64,000 nt of DNA, taken from Deltaproteobacteria bacterium. GTDB lineage: Bacteria > Lernaellota > Lernaellaia > JACKCT01. Under the pieces are notes generated by a model. That model was not told where the DNA came from. It saw only the letters and a list, made by a program, of their open reading frames with translations, and searched no databases. The stretch lies in assembly GCA_020845895.1 (NCBI GenBank), contig JADLEX010000047.1, positions 13,073-77,072 of the forward strand. The letters are read 5' to 3'. The position numbers were made by a program, and so were the translations under genes. Shown in pieces: positions 47,945 to 57,502 of this stretch (its first letter is position 1; every line of letters begins with the position of its first letter).

Positions 47945-49285
47945 CTATTTGCCGATGCAGAACCGGCTGAAAATCGCGCCGAGCACGTCGTCGGGCGTCG
48001 TCTCGCCGACGATCTCGCCCAGCGCGCGCGCCGCGTCCGCGATTTCGAGCGCGGTGATGGCGGGGGACGAGCCCGCGGCGAGTGCGGCGAGCGCGGCGTC
48101 GAGGTGCGCGATCGCGTCGAGCGTGCGTTGCTCGTGCCGCTCGCTCGCGAGCAGCGCCTCGTCGCGCCCCGAGGCCGCGTCACCCAACGCCGCGCGGGCC
48201 ATTTCGGCGGCCAGCGCGTCGAGCCCCGCGCCGGTCATCGCGCTGACGTTGAGCACGCCCGGCAGCGCGGCGAGGTCGCATTTGTTGGCGACGGCGACGA
48301 TCGGCACGGACGGCAGCGCCTCGCGCAGCGCGCGGTCCTCTTCCGTCTCGCCCGCGGATGCATCGATCACGAAAACGACCAGGTCGGCTTCGGCGATGCG
48401 CTCGCGGGTGATCTCGATGCCCTGCGCTTCCAGGCGTTCGGCCTCGCGCCGAAGTCCCGCGGTGTCCACCAGCCGAAACGGGACATCGGCCAGCACCGCG
48501 TCATCCTCGATCGCGTCGCGCGTGGTGCCCGGTTCCTCGGAGACGAGCGCGCGCCGCCGGCCCACCAGGGCGTTGAGCAGGCTCGACTTGCCGACGTTCG
48601 GCCGCCCCGCGATGACGGCGAGCGCGCCGTCGCGGAAGACGCGCGATCGCGTGTATCCGGCGGCGAGTGCCGCCAAATCGCGCCGCGCCGACTCGATCGG
48701 CTCTACGATCGACGCGGTTTGAACGTCGCCCACGTCGGCGTCCTCAAAGTCGATCTGCGCCTCGACGAGCGCCTTGGCCGAGATCAGCCGTTCACGCAAG
48801 TCGCGCAGCCGCCCGGAGAGCGCGCCCGCGAGCCTCGCGCTCGCCGCCCGCAACGAGGCCTCCGATCGCGCGTGAACGACGTCGAGAATCGCCTCGGCCT
48901 GCGCGAGATCGATGCGCCCCGATTCGAGCGCCCGCCTCGTGAACTCCCCCGGCTCGGCCATGCGCGCGCCCAGCTCGCGCAGCCTCGCGAGCATCGTCGC
49001 GGGGGCGGCGCGTCCGCCGTGCGTGTGCAGTTCGACGACATCTTCACCGGTGAAACTCGCGGGGGCGGGGAAGTGGACGAGATACCCGTCGTCGAACGTG
49101 CGGTCGTCGGCGTCGATGAATCGGCCGTACGTCATCGCGCGCGGTTCGATTGGGCTGGGCCGGGCCGTGCGAAACGCGCCCATGGCCAGGGCCAGGCACC
49201 CCGGTCCCGAAAGGCGGACGATCGCCACACCGGCCACGCCGGACGCCGTGGCGACGGCCGCGATGATGTCCCGTGATGCGCTCAT
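47945..49285 (-). CDS. mnmE: tRNA modification GTPase MnmE
   Basis: start MSASRDIIAAVAT; G-domain GRPNVGKSSLLNAL, DTAGLR; C-terminal CIGK. Confidence 0.9.
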   Translation of the reverse strand: MSASRDIIAAVATASGVAGVAIVRLSGPGCLALAMGAFRTARPSPIEPRAMTYGRFIDADDRTFDDGYLVHFPAPASFTGEDVVELHTHGGRAAPATMLARLRELGARMAEPGEFTRRALESGRIDLAQAEAILDVVHARSEASLRAASARLAGALSGRLRDLRERLISAKALVEAQIDFEDADVGDVQTASIVEPIESARRDLAALAAGYTRSRVFRDGALAVIAGRPNVGKSSLLNALVGRRRALVSEEPGTTRDAIEDDAVLADVPFRLVDTAGLRREAERLEAQGIEITRERIAEADLVVFVIDASAGETEEDRALREALPSVPIVAVANKCDLAALPGVLNVSAMTGAGLDALAAEMARAALGDAASGRDEALLASERHEQRTLDAIAHLDAALAALAAGSSPAITALEIADAARALGEIVGETTPDDVLGAIFSRFCIGK

Positions 49286-49428
49286 GCGGGATTCGGGGAG
49301 TTTCGGCGGCGAAGAGGGCGGACGAAGGGCAATGGTCAATAGAGCGTTGTGAGAGGAGGCTGAATCACTCGGGCCACTGTCCTTCGTCCATTTCGTTCTG
49401 ATTCATCCCGCCCGGCGTCGGGGCAGGC

Positions 49429-51018
49429 TCACTTTGCCGCCGGTCCGTATTGTGCCACGGAATCGGCGATCTCGCCAGAAAATTGTTCGTAATTCTTGAT
49501 GAAACGTCCGGCCAGATCACGGGCTTTGCGGTCGTAGGCTTCAGGGTCTTTCCACGTGGCGCGCGGATCGAGCACATCTTTCGGCACGCCGGGCACTTCC
49601 AGCGGCACCTCGAATCCGAACGTGGGATCGACGCGCGTCGGGACCGCCGCGAGGCTGCCGTCGAGCGCGAAATTCACCAGCGCACGGGTGTGTTCGATTT
49701 TCATGCGCTTGCCCTCGCCGTAGGGACCGCCGGACCAGCCGGTATTGACGAGCCAGCAATGCGTGTCGTGCGTTTCGATGTATCTCTTCAGCAGCAGCGC
49801 GTAGGTCGTGGGGTGGTGGACCATGAAGGGCGCGCCGAAACAGGTCGAGAACGTCGCCTGCGGTTCCTTGCCGAGCCCCTTTTCGGTCCCGGCGACCTTG
49901 GCGGTATATCCCGAGAGGAAATGATACATCGCCTGGCCGGTGGTGAGGCGCGAGATCGGCGGCATCACGCCAAACGCGTCGCACGCGAGCATGAGGATGT
50001 TCTTGGGGTGCTCGTACACACCCCCGATGAGCGCGTGTGGGATGTGCGTCAGCGGGTAAGCCGCGCGCGTGTTTTCGGTCAGCGAATCGTCTTCCAGATT
50101 CAGACGGCGCGTGTTCGGGTCGGCGAAGCCGACATTCTCGAGAATCGTGCCGAACGTGCGCGTGGTCTGGTAGATCTCGGGCTCGGATTCCTTCGAGAGC
50201 TTGATGACCTTGGCGTAGCAGCCGCCCTCGAAATTGAAGATGCCGTCGGGTGCCCATCCGTGTTCGTCGTCGCCGATCAGATCGCGGCGTGGGTCCGCCG
50301 AGAGGGTCGTCTTTCCCGTGCCCGAGAGCCCGAAGAAGAGCGCCGTGTCGCCGTCCGGGCCGCGATTCGCCGAGCAGTGCATCGGCATGACGCCCTTGGT
50401 GGGCAGCAGGTAATTGAGCAGCGTGAAGACGCTCTTCTTGATCTCGCCGGCGTAGCTGGTGCCGCCGATCAGGATCAGCTTTTTCGCGAAGTTGAGGATG
50501 ATGAAGGTCTCGCTGCGCGTGCCGTCCACGTCGGGTTTCGCGTGGAAATTCGGAGCGTTGATGATCGTGTAGTCGGGCTCGAAGTTTTCGAGCTCCTCGC
50601 CCCGGCACTGGATGAACATGTTGCGCGCGAAGAGGCTGTGCCACGCCGTCTCGGTGATGACGCGGATGTAGGCCCTGTGGTCGGGATGCGCGCCCGCCCG
50701 GCAATCCTGCACGAACAGGTCTTTGCCCTGCAGATACGCGGTCATGCGGTGGAAGAGCGATTCGAATCGGTGTTCGTCGAACGCCTTGTTGACGTCGCCC
50801 CACCACACCTCGCCCTGGGTGGACGCTTCGCGGACCACGAATTTGTCGTTGGGCGAACGCCCGGTGTGACCGCCCGTGCGTACGACGATCGGCCCCCTGT
50901 GCGCGATGATGCCTTCGCGGTGCCGCACCACCTGCTCGTAGAGCGCGGGGGTGCCGAGGTTCCAGTATTCATGACCGACGTTGACGATGCCGTGAAGGCT
51001 CAGATCGTAGCGAGGCAC
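49429..51018 (-). CDS. pckA: phosphoenolpyruvate carboxykinase (ATP)
   Basis: GRSPNDKF, kinase-1a GLSGTGKTTLS, CYAKV, NTGW motifs; GTG start at 51018 preceded by GAAGGGG; length 529 aa. Confidence 0.9.
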   Translation of the reverse strand: MPRYDLSLHGIVNVGHEYWNLGTPALYEQVVRHREGIIAHRGPIVVRTGGHTGRSPNDKFVVREASTQGEVWWGDVNKAFDEHRFESLFHRMTAYLQGKDLFVQDCRAGAHPDHRAYIRVITETAWHSLFARNMFIQCRGEELENFEPDYTIINAPNFHAKPDVDGTRSETFIILNFAKKLILIGGTSYAGEIKKSVFTLLNYLLPTKGVMPMHCSANRGPDGDTALFFGLSGTGKTTLSADPRRDLIGDDEHGWAPDGIFNFEGGCYAKVIKLSKESEPEIYQTTRTFGTILENVGFADPNTRRLNLEDDSLTENTRAAYPLTHIPHALIGGVYEHPKNILMLACDAFGVMPPISRLTTGQAMYHFLSGYTAKVAGTEKGLGKEPQATFSTCFGAPFMVHHPTTYALLLKRYIETHDTHCWLVNTGWSGGPYGEGKRMKIEHTRALVNFALDGSLAAVPTRVDPTFGFEVPLEVPGVPKDVLDPRATWKDPEAYDRKARDLAGRFIKNYEQFSGEIADSVAQYGPAAK

Positions 51019-51232
51019 GCGGCTAGCCCCTTCGGGTAGAGAGGAAGGATTTTCCGGGCGAGACGCGACCCAATTCCATTCGCCCGCCCGTTCAATAACA
51101 TAGTTCGCCGCGTGCCGACAATTCGTTTTCGCCGGTTTCGCGCGGGCGCGCGTTTTGACACGCCCCATGGCCGCGACTAATATACGGCCCGTTTTCAGCA
51201 AGCCGCCTTTCGCGGCGATTTCAGGGCACGCC

Positions 51233-52138
51233 ATGGCACGTTTCAGGTTCATCGCGACCGCGGTCGCGGTCGTCATCGGGTTTGCGCCCGCCGGATGCTC
51301 CAAACTCGTCCAGAGCCGTGTCTCGGGGATTGTCGATAACCTGTCGACGGCGGTCCAAAAACAGAAGGACCCCGAGCTCGTCCGCGACGGCGCCCCGGCG
51401 TTCCTGCTGGTCGTCGACGGCGTGCTCGAAGGCGATCCCGATAACGAACGCTACCTGTCCGGCGCGGCGCAGATCTACTCGGCGTATACGTCGGCGTTCC
51501 TCGTCGGCAAGGAGCCGGAGCGGGCGAAAATCCTCTCCGACAAGGCCCGCGACTATGCGATTCGCGCCATGGCCCTGCGCAACCCCACGTTTGCGGCGCT
51601 GCACGATCGTCCGTACACCGAATTCGCGCCGTGCCTGTCGACGTTCACCAAGGTCGATGTCCCCGCGCTCTTTCTCGTCGTGAGCACGTGGGCGACATGG
51701 ATTCAGGCGCACGCCGACGACATGAACGCCATCGCCGATCTCGCCAAGGTCCAATCGATGACGCAGCGCCTGCTGGAACTCGACGACGCATACTCGTACG
51801 GCAGCCCCCACCTCTACATGGGCGTCCTGCACACGCTCATTCCGGCAGCGCTCGGCGGACGGCCCGAAGACGGCAAAAAGGAATTCGAGGCGGCCCTGCG
51901 GCTCGGTCGCGGAAAATTCGTGATGACCTATGTTCTCTACGCGAAGCAGTATGCCCGCCCGGCTCTCGATCGCGAATTGCACGACCGGCTGCTGACCGAG
52001 GCGCTCGCGATTCCGGCCGACGTGGTGCCCGAACTCACGCTTGTGAACACGCTCGCCCAGCGCGAGGCGAAAACCCTGCTCGACGGTTCATCCGACTGGT
52101 TCGGTGAGCCCATGGCCGAAGAAGGAGAAACCCCGTGA
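51233..52138 (+). CDS. TatT-like TPR lipoprotein associated with TRAP transporter (TPAT-type T component)
   Basis: lipobox APAGCS; helical/TPR-like composition; stop overlaps dctP start by 4 nt; assignment rests mainly on context. Confidence 0.5.
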   Translation: MARFRFIATAVAVVIGFAPAGCSKLVQSRVSGIVDNLSTAVQKQKDPELVRDGAPAFLLVVDGVLEGDPDNERYLSGAAQIYSAYTSAFLVGKEPERAKILSDKARDYAIRAMALRNPTFAALHDRPYTEFAPCLSTFTKVDVPALFLVVSTWATWIQAHADDMNAIADLAKVQSMTQRLLELDDAYSYGSPHLYMGVLHTLIPAALGGRPEDGKKEFEAALRLGRGKFVMTYVLYAKQYARPALDRELHDRLLTEALAIPADVVPELTLVNTLAQREAKTLLDGSSDWFGEPMAEEGETP

Positions 52139-53145
52139 AAAGACCCGTCGTTGTTTTCGTCGCGGTACTGGCGCTTTGCGCCCTCGTCGCGCCCGCATAC
52201 GCCCAGACCGTTCTCAAGATCGCGACGCTCGCCCCCGAGGGCACCGACGCCGTGAAGGCCATCAACGCCGCGGGACAGGAGATCGCCACCGCCACGCAGA
52301 ACCGCGTGAAGATCCAGGTGTTTCCCGGCGGCACGCAGGGCAAGGACGACACGATTCTGAAGAAGATGAAGATCGGCCAGATCGACGGTGCGACGTTCAC
52401 GGCGGGCGGCATCTCGTCGGTCTATCGCGATTTCCAGATCATGAGCCTGCCGCTTCTGTTCCGCTCCTACGACGAGGTCGATCACGTCCGTCCGCAGATC
52501 GAGCCGGTCATCATGGCGGGACTCGAAAAAGCGGGCTACGTCCCGGTCGGCAATATCGAGGTGGGCTTCGCCTACCTGATGTCGAAGTCGCCAATCAAAA
52601 CGCTTGGCGATCTGAAGGGCAAAAAAATCTGGGTCCCGGAAAATGACCCGATCAGCAAGACGGTCTTCGAGGAGATGGGCGTGCCGGCGATCCCTCAGCC
52701 GATTTCCGACGTGTTCACGAGCCTCAAGACCGGCATTCTCGACACCTACGCCAACCCGCCCGTCGGCGCGGTGACGTTGCAGTGGTACACGGAATCGAAA
52801 TACGTCGGCAAAAAGCCGCTCATCTACATCTACAGCACGCTGGCCTTCGCCAAGCCACGATTCGACAAGCTCTCGCCCGAGGATCAGGCGACCGTGCGCA
52901 CGGTCTTCGCCAAGCACATGAAGGCGCTGGACGTCAGTGTGCGCAAGTCGAACGATGCGGCGATGCAGACGCTCGCCAAGCAGGGACTGCAATTCACGGA
53001 CGTCACGCCCGAGGGCGATCAGCAGATGACCGATGTCGCGCAGAAAGCTACGACGAAGCTGACGTCGATGAAGGAATTCTCACCGGAGATGGTGCAGAAG
53101 GTACAGGGCATCCTCGACGCCTATCGGAAATCCAAAGGCCAGTAA
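52135..53145 (+). CDS. dctP: TRAP transporter substrate-binding protein (DctP family)
   Basis: signal peptide + DctP-type periplasmic binding fold; operon with dctQM. Confidence 0.85.
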   Translation: MKRPVVVFVAVLALCALVAPAYAQTVLKIATLAPEGTDAVKAINAAGQEIATATQNRVKIQVFPGGTQGKDDTILKKMKIGQIDGATFTAGGISSVYRDFQIMSLPLLFRSYDEVDHVRPQIEPVIMAGLEKAGYVPVGNIEVGFAYLMSKSPIKTLGDLKGKKIWVPENDPISKTVFEEMGVPAIPQPISDVFTSLKTGILDTYANPPVGAVTLQWYTESKYVGKKPLIYIYSTLAFAKPRFDKLSPEDQATVRTVFAKHMKALDVSVRKSNDAAMQTLAKQGLQFTDVTPEGDQQMTDVAQKATTKLTSMKEFSPEMVQKVQGILDAYRKSKGQ

Positions 53146-53146
53146 C

Positions 53147-53683
53147 TTGAGCGTGACCCAAAAGAAAACGGGCCTCGCGCGCGCGCTCGCATTCGTGCAC
53201 GCGGCGGAGGACATGATCCTCGCCGCACTGCTCGGCGCGATGATGCTGCTCGCCGTGGGGCAGATCGTCCTGCGCAACCTGTTCGACACCGGCTTCCTGT
53301 GGGCCGACCCGATGCTGCGCCACCTGGTGCTGTGGGTTGGCCTGCTCGGTGCGGCCATCGCCACCCGCGAGGACAAGCACATCACCGTCGATGTCGTCTC
53401 GCGGTTTGCGCCGCCGCGAATGCGGGCCGCCATCCGTGTGGCCACCGACGCATTCGCGGCTTGTGTGGCCGGTCTGGTCGCCTACGCGGGGACGGTCCTG
53501 ATCAAAAACGAAATCGAGTTCGGGTCGAAAACGTTTCTCGACCTGCCTTCCTGGACGGTGGAAATCGTGATCCCATTCGCGTTTGCCGTCATTTCGATTC
53601 GCTATGCGCGATACGCCGTAATCCACGCGATCGAAGCCGCACGTCCCGCGCCCGCCGACGCAGAGCCGGAGGCGGGCCGCTGA
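53147..53683 (+). CDS. dctQ: TRAP transporter small permease
   Basis: 4 TM, 178 aa, between dctP and dctM. Confidence 0.8.
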   Translation: MSVTQKKTGLARALAFVHAAEDMILAALLGAMMLLAVGQIVLRNLFDTGFLWADPMLRHLVLWVGLLGAAIATREDKHITVDVVSRFAPPRMRAAIRVATDAFAACVAGLVAYAGTVLIKNEIEFGSKTFLDLPSWTVEIVIPFAFAVISIRYARYAVIHAIEAARPAPADAEPEAGR

Positions 53684-54930
53684 TGCCGGTCATCATTCTC
53701 GTCTTCGCCCTGCTTGGCGCGCCGCTATTCACCATCATCGCGGCGACCGCCCTGCGCGGCTTTCACAAGTCGGGGATCGACCTGTCCGCGGTCGCGATCG
53801 AGATCTACCGCATTGCCGACACGCCCGTGCTGCTCGCGATCCCGCTCTTCACGTTCGCGGGCTACATCATGGGCGAAAGCGGAGCGCCCGGGCGCATCGT
53901 GCGCGCGTCGAAGGCGCTGCTGGGCTGGATGCCCGGCGGTCTGCCGATCGTCGCGCTGGTCGCCTGCGCCATGTTCACCGCGCTCACCGGCGCGTCGGGC
54001 GTCACCATCGTCGCCCTCGGGGCGCTGCTTTTCCCCGCGATGGCGAGCGAGGGTTATCGCGAAAACTTCAACCTCGGTTTGCTCACGACGGCGGGGAGCC
54101 TGGGCTTGCTGTTCGCGCCGTCGATTCCGCTGATTCTCTACGGCATCGTCGCCGAGGTCAGCGTCGATCACATGTTCCTGGCGGGCATCCTTCCGGGCCT
54201 GCTGATGATCACCCTGCTGGCGGCTTACGCGATGTACCAAGGCAAGGTGCAGAAAATCCCCTTGCAGAAATTCACGTGGCCCGAGGTGTGGGCGGCGCTG
54301 CGCGGGTCGGCGTGGGAAGCGCCGCTGCCGCTGGTCGTGTTCGGCGGCATCTACAGCGGATTTTTCGCCGTCAGCGAGGCCGCGGCCGTCACGGCCGTCT
54401 ACGTGCTCATCGTCGAGGTCTTCATCTACCGCGAGATCTCGCTACGCCGCCTGCCGGGCGTCATGCGCGATTCGATGGTCCTCGTCGGCGGCATTCTCAT
54501 CATTCTCTCCGTTTCATACGCCTCGACGAACTACCTCATCGACGCGCAGGTCCCCGTCAAACTGCTCGAGTTCACGCAACAGCACGTGTCGAGCCCGCTC
54601 ACGTTCCTGCTGCTGCTCAACCTCTTTCTGCTCGTGCTGGGCTGCCTGCTCGACATCTTCTCGGCGCTCGTCATTGTGCTTCCGCTCATGTTGCCCATGG
54701 CCGATCTGTACGGCATCGACCGCGTACACCTGGGCATTATCTTCCTCGCCAACATGCAGATCGGCTATTGCACGCCGCCGGTGGGCATGAACCTGTTCAT
54801 TGCGTCGTTCCGGTTCGAGCGGCCCGTCGTGCAACTCTACGTGGCGACGATTCCGTTCCTGATCCTGCTGCTGCTCACCGTCGCGCTCATCACGTATTGG
54901 CCGTCTCTGTCGCTCATGCTGGTGCGCTGA
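53683..54930 (+). CDS. dctM: TRAP transporter large permease
   Basis: ATGA overlap with dctQ stop; 12 TM 415 aa with typical DctM segments. Confidence 0.9.
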   Translation: MPVIILVFALLGAPLFTIIAATALRGFHKSGIDLSAVAIEIYRIADTPVLLAIPLFTFAGYIMGESGAPGRIVRASKALLGWMPGGLPIVALVACAMFTALTGASGVTIVALGALLFPAMASEGYRENFNLGLLTTAGSLGLLFAPSIPLILYGIVAEVSVDHMFLAGILPGLLMITLLAAYAMYQGKVQKIPLQKFTWPEVWAALRGSAWEAPLPLVVFGGIYSGFFAVSEAAAVTAVYVLIVEVFIYREISLRRLPGVMRDSMVLVGGILIILSVSYASTNYLIDAQVPVKLLEFTQQHVSSPLTFLLLLNLFLLVLGCLLDIFSALVIVLPLMLPMADLYGIDRVHLGIIFLANMQIGYCTPPVGMNLFIASFRFERPVVQLYVATIPFLILLLLTVALITYWPSLSLMLVR

Positions 54931-54948
54931 CCGGGCGAGTGAGGTCGC

Positions 54949-55158
54949 AGGAGAGCGAAGCGAAGGGCCTTGCGTGAGCTGGTACAAGATCCTTCGCTTC
55001 GCTCAGTATGACAGCGGAAATGAGCGCTCGGAGTGACCGCCACGGATTGCGGCCCTGAGCCCGCTTCTTGTCACCCAGAGCCGCTTCTTTTCACCCAGAG
55101 CCGCTTCTTGTCACCCTGAGCCGCTTCTTGTCACCCTGAGCGAAGCGAAGGGTCTGGC
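54949..55158. repeat. REP/MITE-like element family A, expanded copy: inverted GAGCGAAGCGAAGG / CCTTCGCTTCGCTC arms plus 4 tandem 20-bp units AGCCGCTTCTTGTCACCC(A/T)G
   Basis: read directly after dctM stop; shares GATCCTTCGCTTCGCTCAG..ATGACAG and CTTGTCACCCTGAGCG.AGCGAAGGGTCTG ends with 4078..4168. Confidence 0.6.
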
Positions 55159-55179
55159 TCCGACCGCCGCGGTATCCCG

Positions 55180-56808
55180 TCAAGGCAGCAACGATCGCTC
55201 GAACAGCGCGTACTCCCGGTCGAGGTGGCGATACGTCCCCGCGACGCTCCACGCATCGCCTTGCCCCAAAAACGCGGGTGCGTCGAAGTCCTGCGGCGCG
55301 ATCAAATACGCCGCGTCCTCGATCCACTTCTCGGGCGGGCGCAGCGTTTCCGACGCCCAGTACATCGCGAGGCGTCCGTCGGTCTCGAATTTCACATCCT
55401 TGATCTCGACGTTCGCGCCGTCGCGCAGCAGCGTATACGTCAGCGGAAACGCGAAGGGGTGCTCCACGTCGCTCACGCCAGTCGGAACATTCAGGAAACG
55501 CACCACGATCATCGGGCGCTCGCGCCCGCGCGCCGCGTCGCCGAGCCGCGAGCACACTTCGTCGATTTGCGTCGATTCCCACGTGCGCGGCGGGCCGATG
55601 TGCAGATCCTGCTGGTAGTCGAACGCCGTCCAACGCACGCCCATCGGGTTTGCCCACCAGCCGTTCTGATTAAGCCAGTCGCGGGGAATCGCGTTCGTCG
55701 CCATGCCGAGCCACCCCGCGAGCGCGACACCGACCACCGCGATGTGCGCACCCGTCCGCCATCTCGCGCGAGGAATCGCCGCGAGGCCGGCCGCCATGAC
55801 CGCCGCGAATCCGCACGCCCACGGGGCGACGTAGTGCGCGAGTTTCCAGTCGAGGCATGAAAACACGAGCCACGGCAGGGCGAAGAACGCCGCGAGGTGC
55901 GCCCGCGCGGGACTTCGCCGCGCGAAAACCCAGATCGCGGCGACGACAAAAATCGGAAACAGCCACGGCCCGAGGCCGATGTCCGCCACCGTGAACGGAT
56001 AGAACATCGCGTTGTTCCACGACCAGATCGGCTCGCCCGCGAGATTGCCCGCGAGCGTGACGCGAATCGCGCCACCGCGGATCTTGTTCGCGAAGTTCAC
56101 GCCGTACCACGTCAACGCAATCGCGACGGAGACGCCCGCCGCGATGGCGAGGTTCGCGAACTTCGCGCGTCGGCGCGTCGGACTCGTCTCGCAGATCATG
56201 GCGACGAATTCGACGAGCGACGGCCCCAGCAGCAGAATCGGGAAGTTGTCGCGCGTCAGCGTGCCGAGCCCCGCCGCGACGCCGAACGCGAGCGCGCGGC
56301 GCCGGTCGGAAAAGGACTGCGTTTCGAGAAGCAGACGAAACGCCATCGCCACCATGCCGATCGACGCAAAGTCGAGCATCGCCATGCGCGAAAGACCCCC
56401 CGCGAGGGGGAGCGTGGTGACGAGAATCGCCGCGACCACGCCCGCGCGGCTCGAGCGCGTCAGGTGTCGCGCGATGCCGTGCGCGCCCCACACGAGCGCC
56501 GCGTGAAACGGGATGTTCGCGGCGATGTCCACCTGAATCGACGGCCCGAAGACGTGATGCAGCGCCGTGGCGACGAGGTAGTAGAGCGGCGTATAAACCC
56601 CGCCCCAGATCTGCCCCGGGCCGTGCCGCCACGTCCACATGATCGTCTGAAGGTGGCCGACCTCGTCACCGTACAGCCGCGTGGCCATGTGCGACGTGAA
56701 CCACGCGTTGACAAGCGCCTGCGCGGCGACGATCGCGACGAGGGCGATCCACGCGCGGTCCGGCGTGGGCGCGGACTCGTCAGGTGGTGGGGGGATCGCC
56801 TTCGTCAT
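55180..56808 (-). CDS. GT-C fold membrane glycosyltransferase, family 39/83-like (PMT/ArnT-type), paralog 2
   Basis: multi-TM; loop-1 YGDEVGH motif; similar topology to 17611..19170. Confidence 0.6.
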   Translation of the reverse strand: MTKAIPPPPDESAPTPDRAWIALVAIVAAQALVNAWFTSHMATRLYGDEVGHLQTIMWTWRHGPGQIWGGVYTPLYYLVATALHHVFGPSIQVDIAANIPFHAALVWGAHGIARHLTRSSRAGVVAAILVTTLPLAGGLSRMAMLDFASIGMVAMAFRLLLETQSFSDRRRALAFGVAAGLGTLTRDNFPILLLGPSLVEFVAMICETSPTRRRAKFANLAIAAGVSVAIALTWYGVNFANKIRGGAIRVTLAGNLAGEPIWSWNNAMFYPFTVADIGLGPWLFPIFVVAAIWVFARRSPARAHLAAFFALPWLVFSCLDWKLAHYVAPWACGFAAVMAAGLAAIPRARWRTGAHIAVVGVALAGWLGMATNAIPRDWLNQNGWWANPMGVRWTAFDYQQDLHIGPPRTWESTQIDEVCSRLGDAARGRERPMIVVRFLNVPTGVSDVEHPFAFPLTYTLLRDGANVEIKDVKFETDGRLAMYWASETLRPPEKWIEDAAYLIAPQDFDAPAFLGQGDAWSVAGTYRHLDREYALFERSLLP

Positions 56809-57022
56809 CCTCTTCCGCGTGTTCTTCCCGTTTCTGTTCGATGACGTGCCGCTTGGCCGGTGAAATGATGGATTCGAGTTCGAGCATGGCGAGCGCCGCC
56901 GTGCCCGGCGACGCCTTCCTCTTTCGCCAGTAGATCCAACCGCGCGCCTCCGCGGCCAGCAACAGGCGGTCCAGTACGAATGCCGCGGCGAGCACGGCGA
57001 TCACGATCAGCGCGGTCCTCAT
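56780..57022 (-). CDS. small membrane protein (80 aa) overlapping start of GT39-like gene
   Basis: MRTALIVIAVLAAAFVLDRLLL TM helix then acidic tail; 29-nt overlap suggests translational coupling; weak. Confidence 0.35.
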   Translation of the reverse strand: MRTALIVIAVLAAAFVLDRLLLAAEARGWIYWRKRKASPGTAALAMLELESIISPAKRHVIEQKREEHAEEDDEGDPPTT

Positions 57023-57130
57023 GACGCACCCCGCCCGGCGCGAACCGCGCCGACACGAAAGCATAATCACGGACCGGCGCATTGGCCACCGGTGGGAAAA
57101 GATTTTGGCCCGCGCGCCTCGCAAGCCACG

Positions 57131-57162
57131 AAAAAAGTTCTTGACAATATGGGGGGGGGGGG
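57131..57162 (+). promoter_or_regulatory. sigma70-like promoter with G12 homopolymer in the -35/-10 spacer (TTGACA-atat-G12-cgtt-TATTAT)
   Basis: read directly; spacer 20 nt as assembled; 60 bp upstream of RBS AAGGAGAG + ATG 57224. Confidence 0.4.
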
Positions 57163-57223
57163 CGTTTATTATCGAAAAAGTCAAAACGGCAGCCGGGCGC
57201 AAGACCCGAGAAGGAGAGCGGCG

Positions 57224-57502
57224 ATGACGGTGCATATTTATTCGGACTTCGCGGCGGGCAACGACGCGTGGGACGGCAGTCAGGCCACCTCCGGCGGAGG
57301 CAGCATCGGCCCGAAAAAGCACATCAACGCCGCGAAAGCCTTGGTGACGAACCCCGTGGAGGATGAGGTCATTATCCACGTCGCGGGCGACACGGCAAAC
57401 CCCGGTAACCGGAACCCCCAGCGTCCCACAGGCACCAAGATCAATACTCTCATGGCAGACCACACTACCAACGATAAGGATGATTGCTATGAAAGCGCGT
57501 AA
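57224..57502 (+). CDS. short ORF resembling only the N-terminal ~60 aa of right-handed beta-helix (pectate-lyase-like) proteins; possible gene remnant
   Basis: YSDFAAGNDAWDGS...P..INAAKALV...GD.VIIHVAG matches beta-helix N-cap consensus; strong RBS; only 92 aa; low-GC. Confidence 0.4.
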   Translation: MTVHIYSDFAAGNDAWDGSQATSGGGSIGPKKHINAAKALVTNPVEDEVIIHVAGDTANPGNRNPQRPTGTKINTLMADHTTNDKDDCYESA

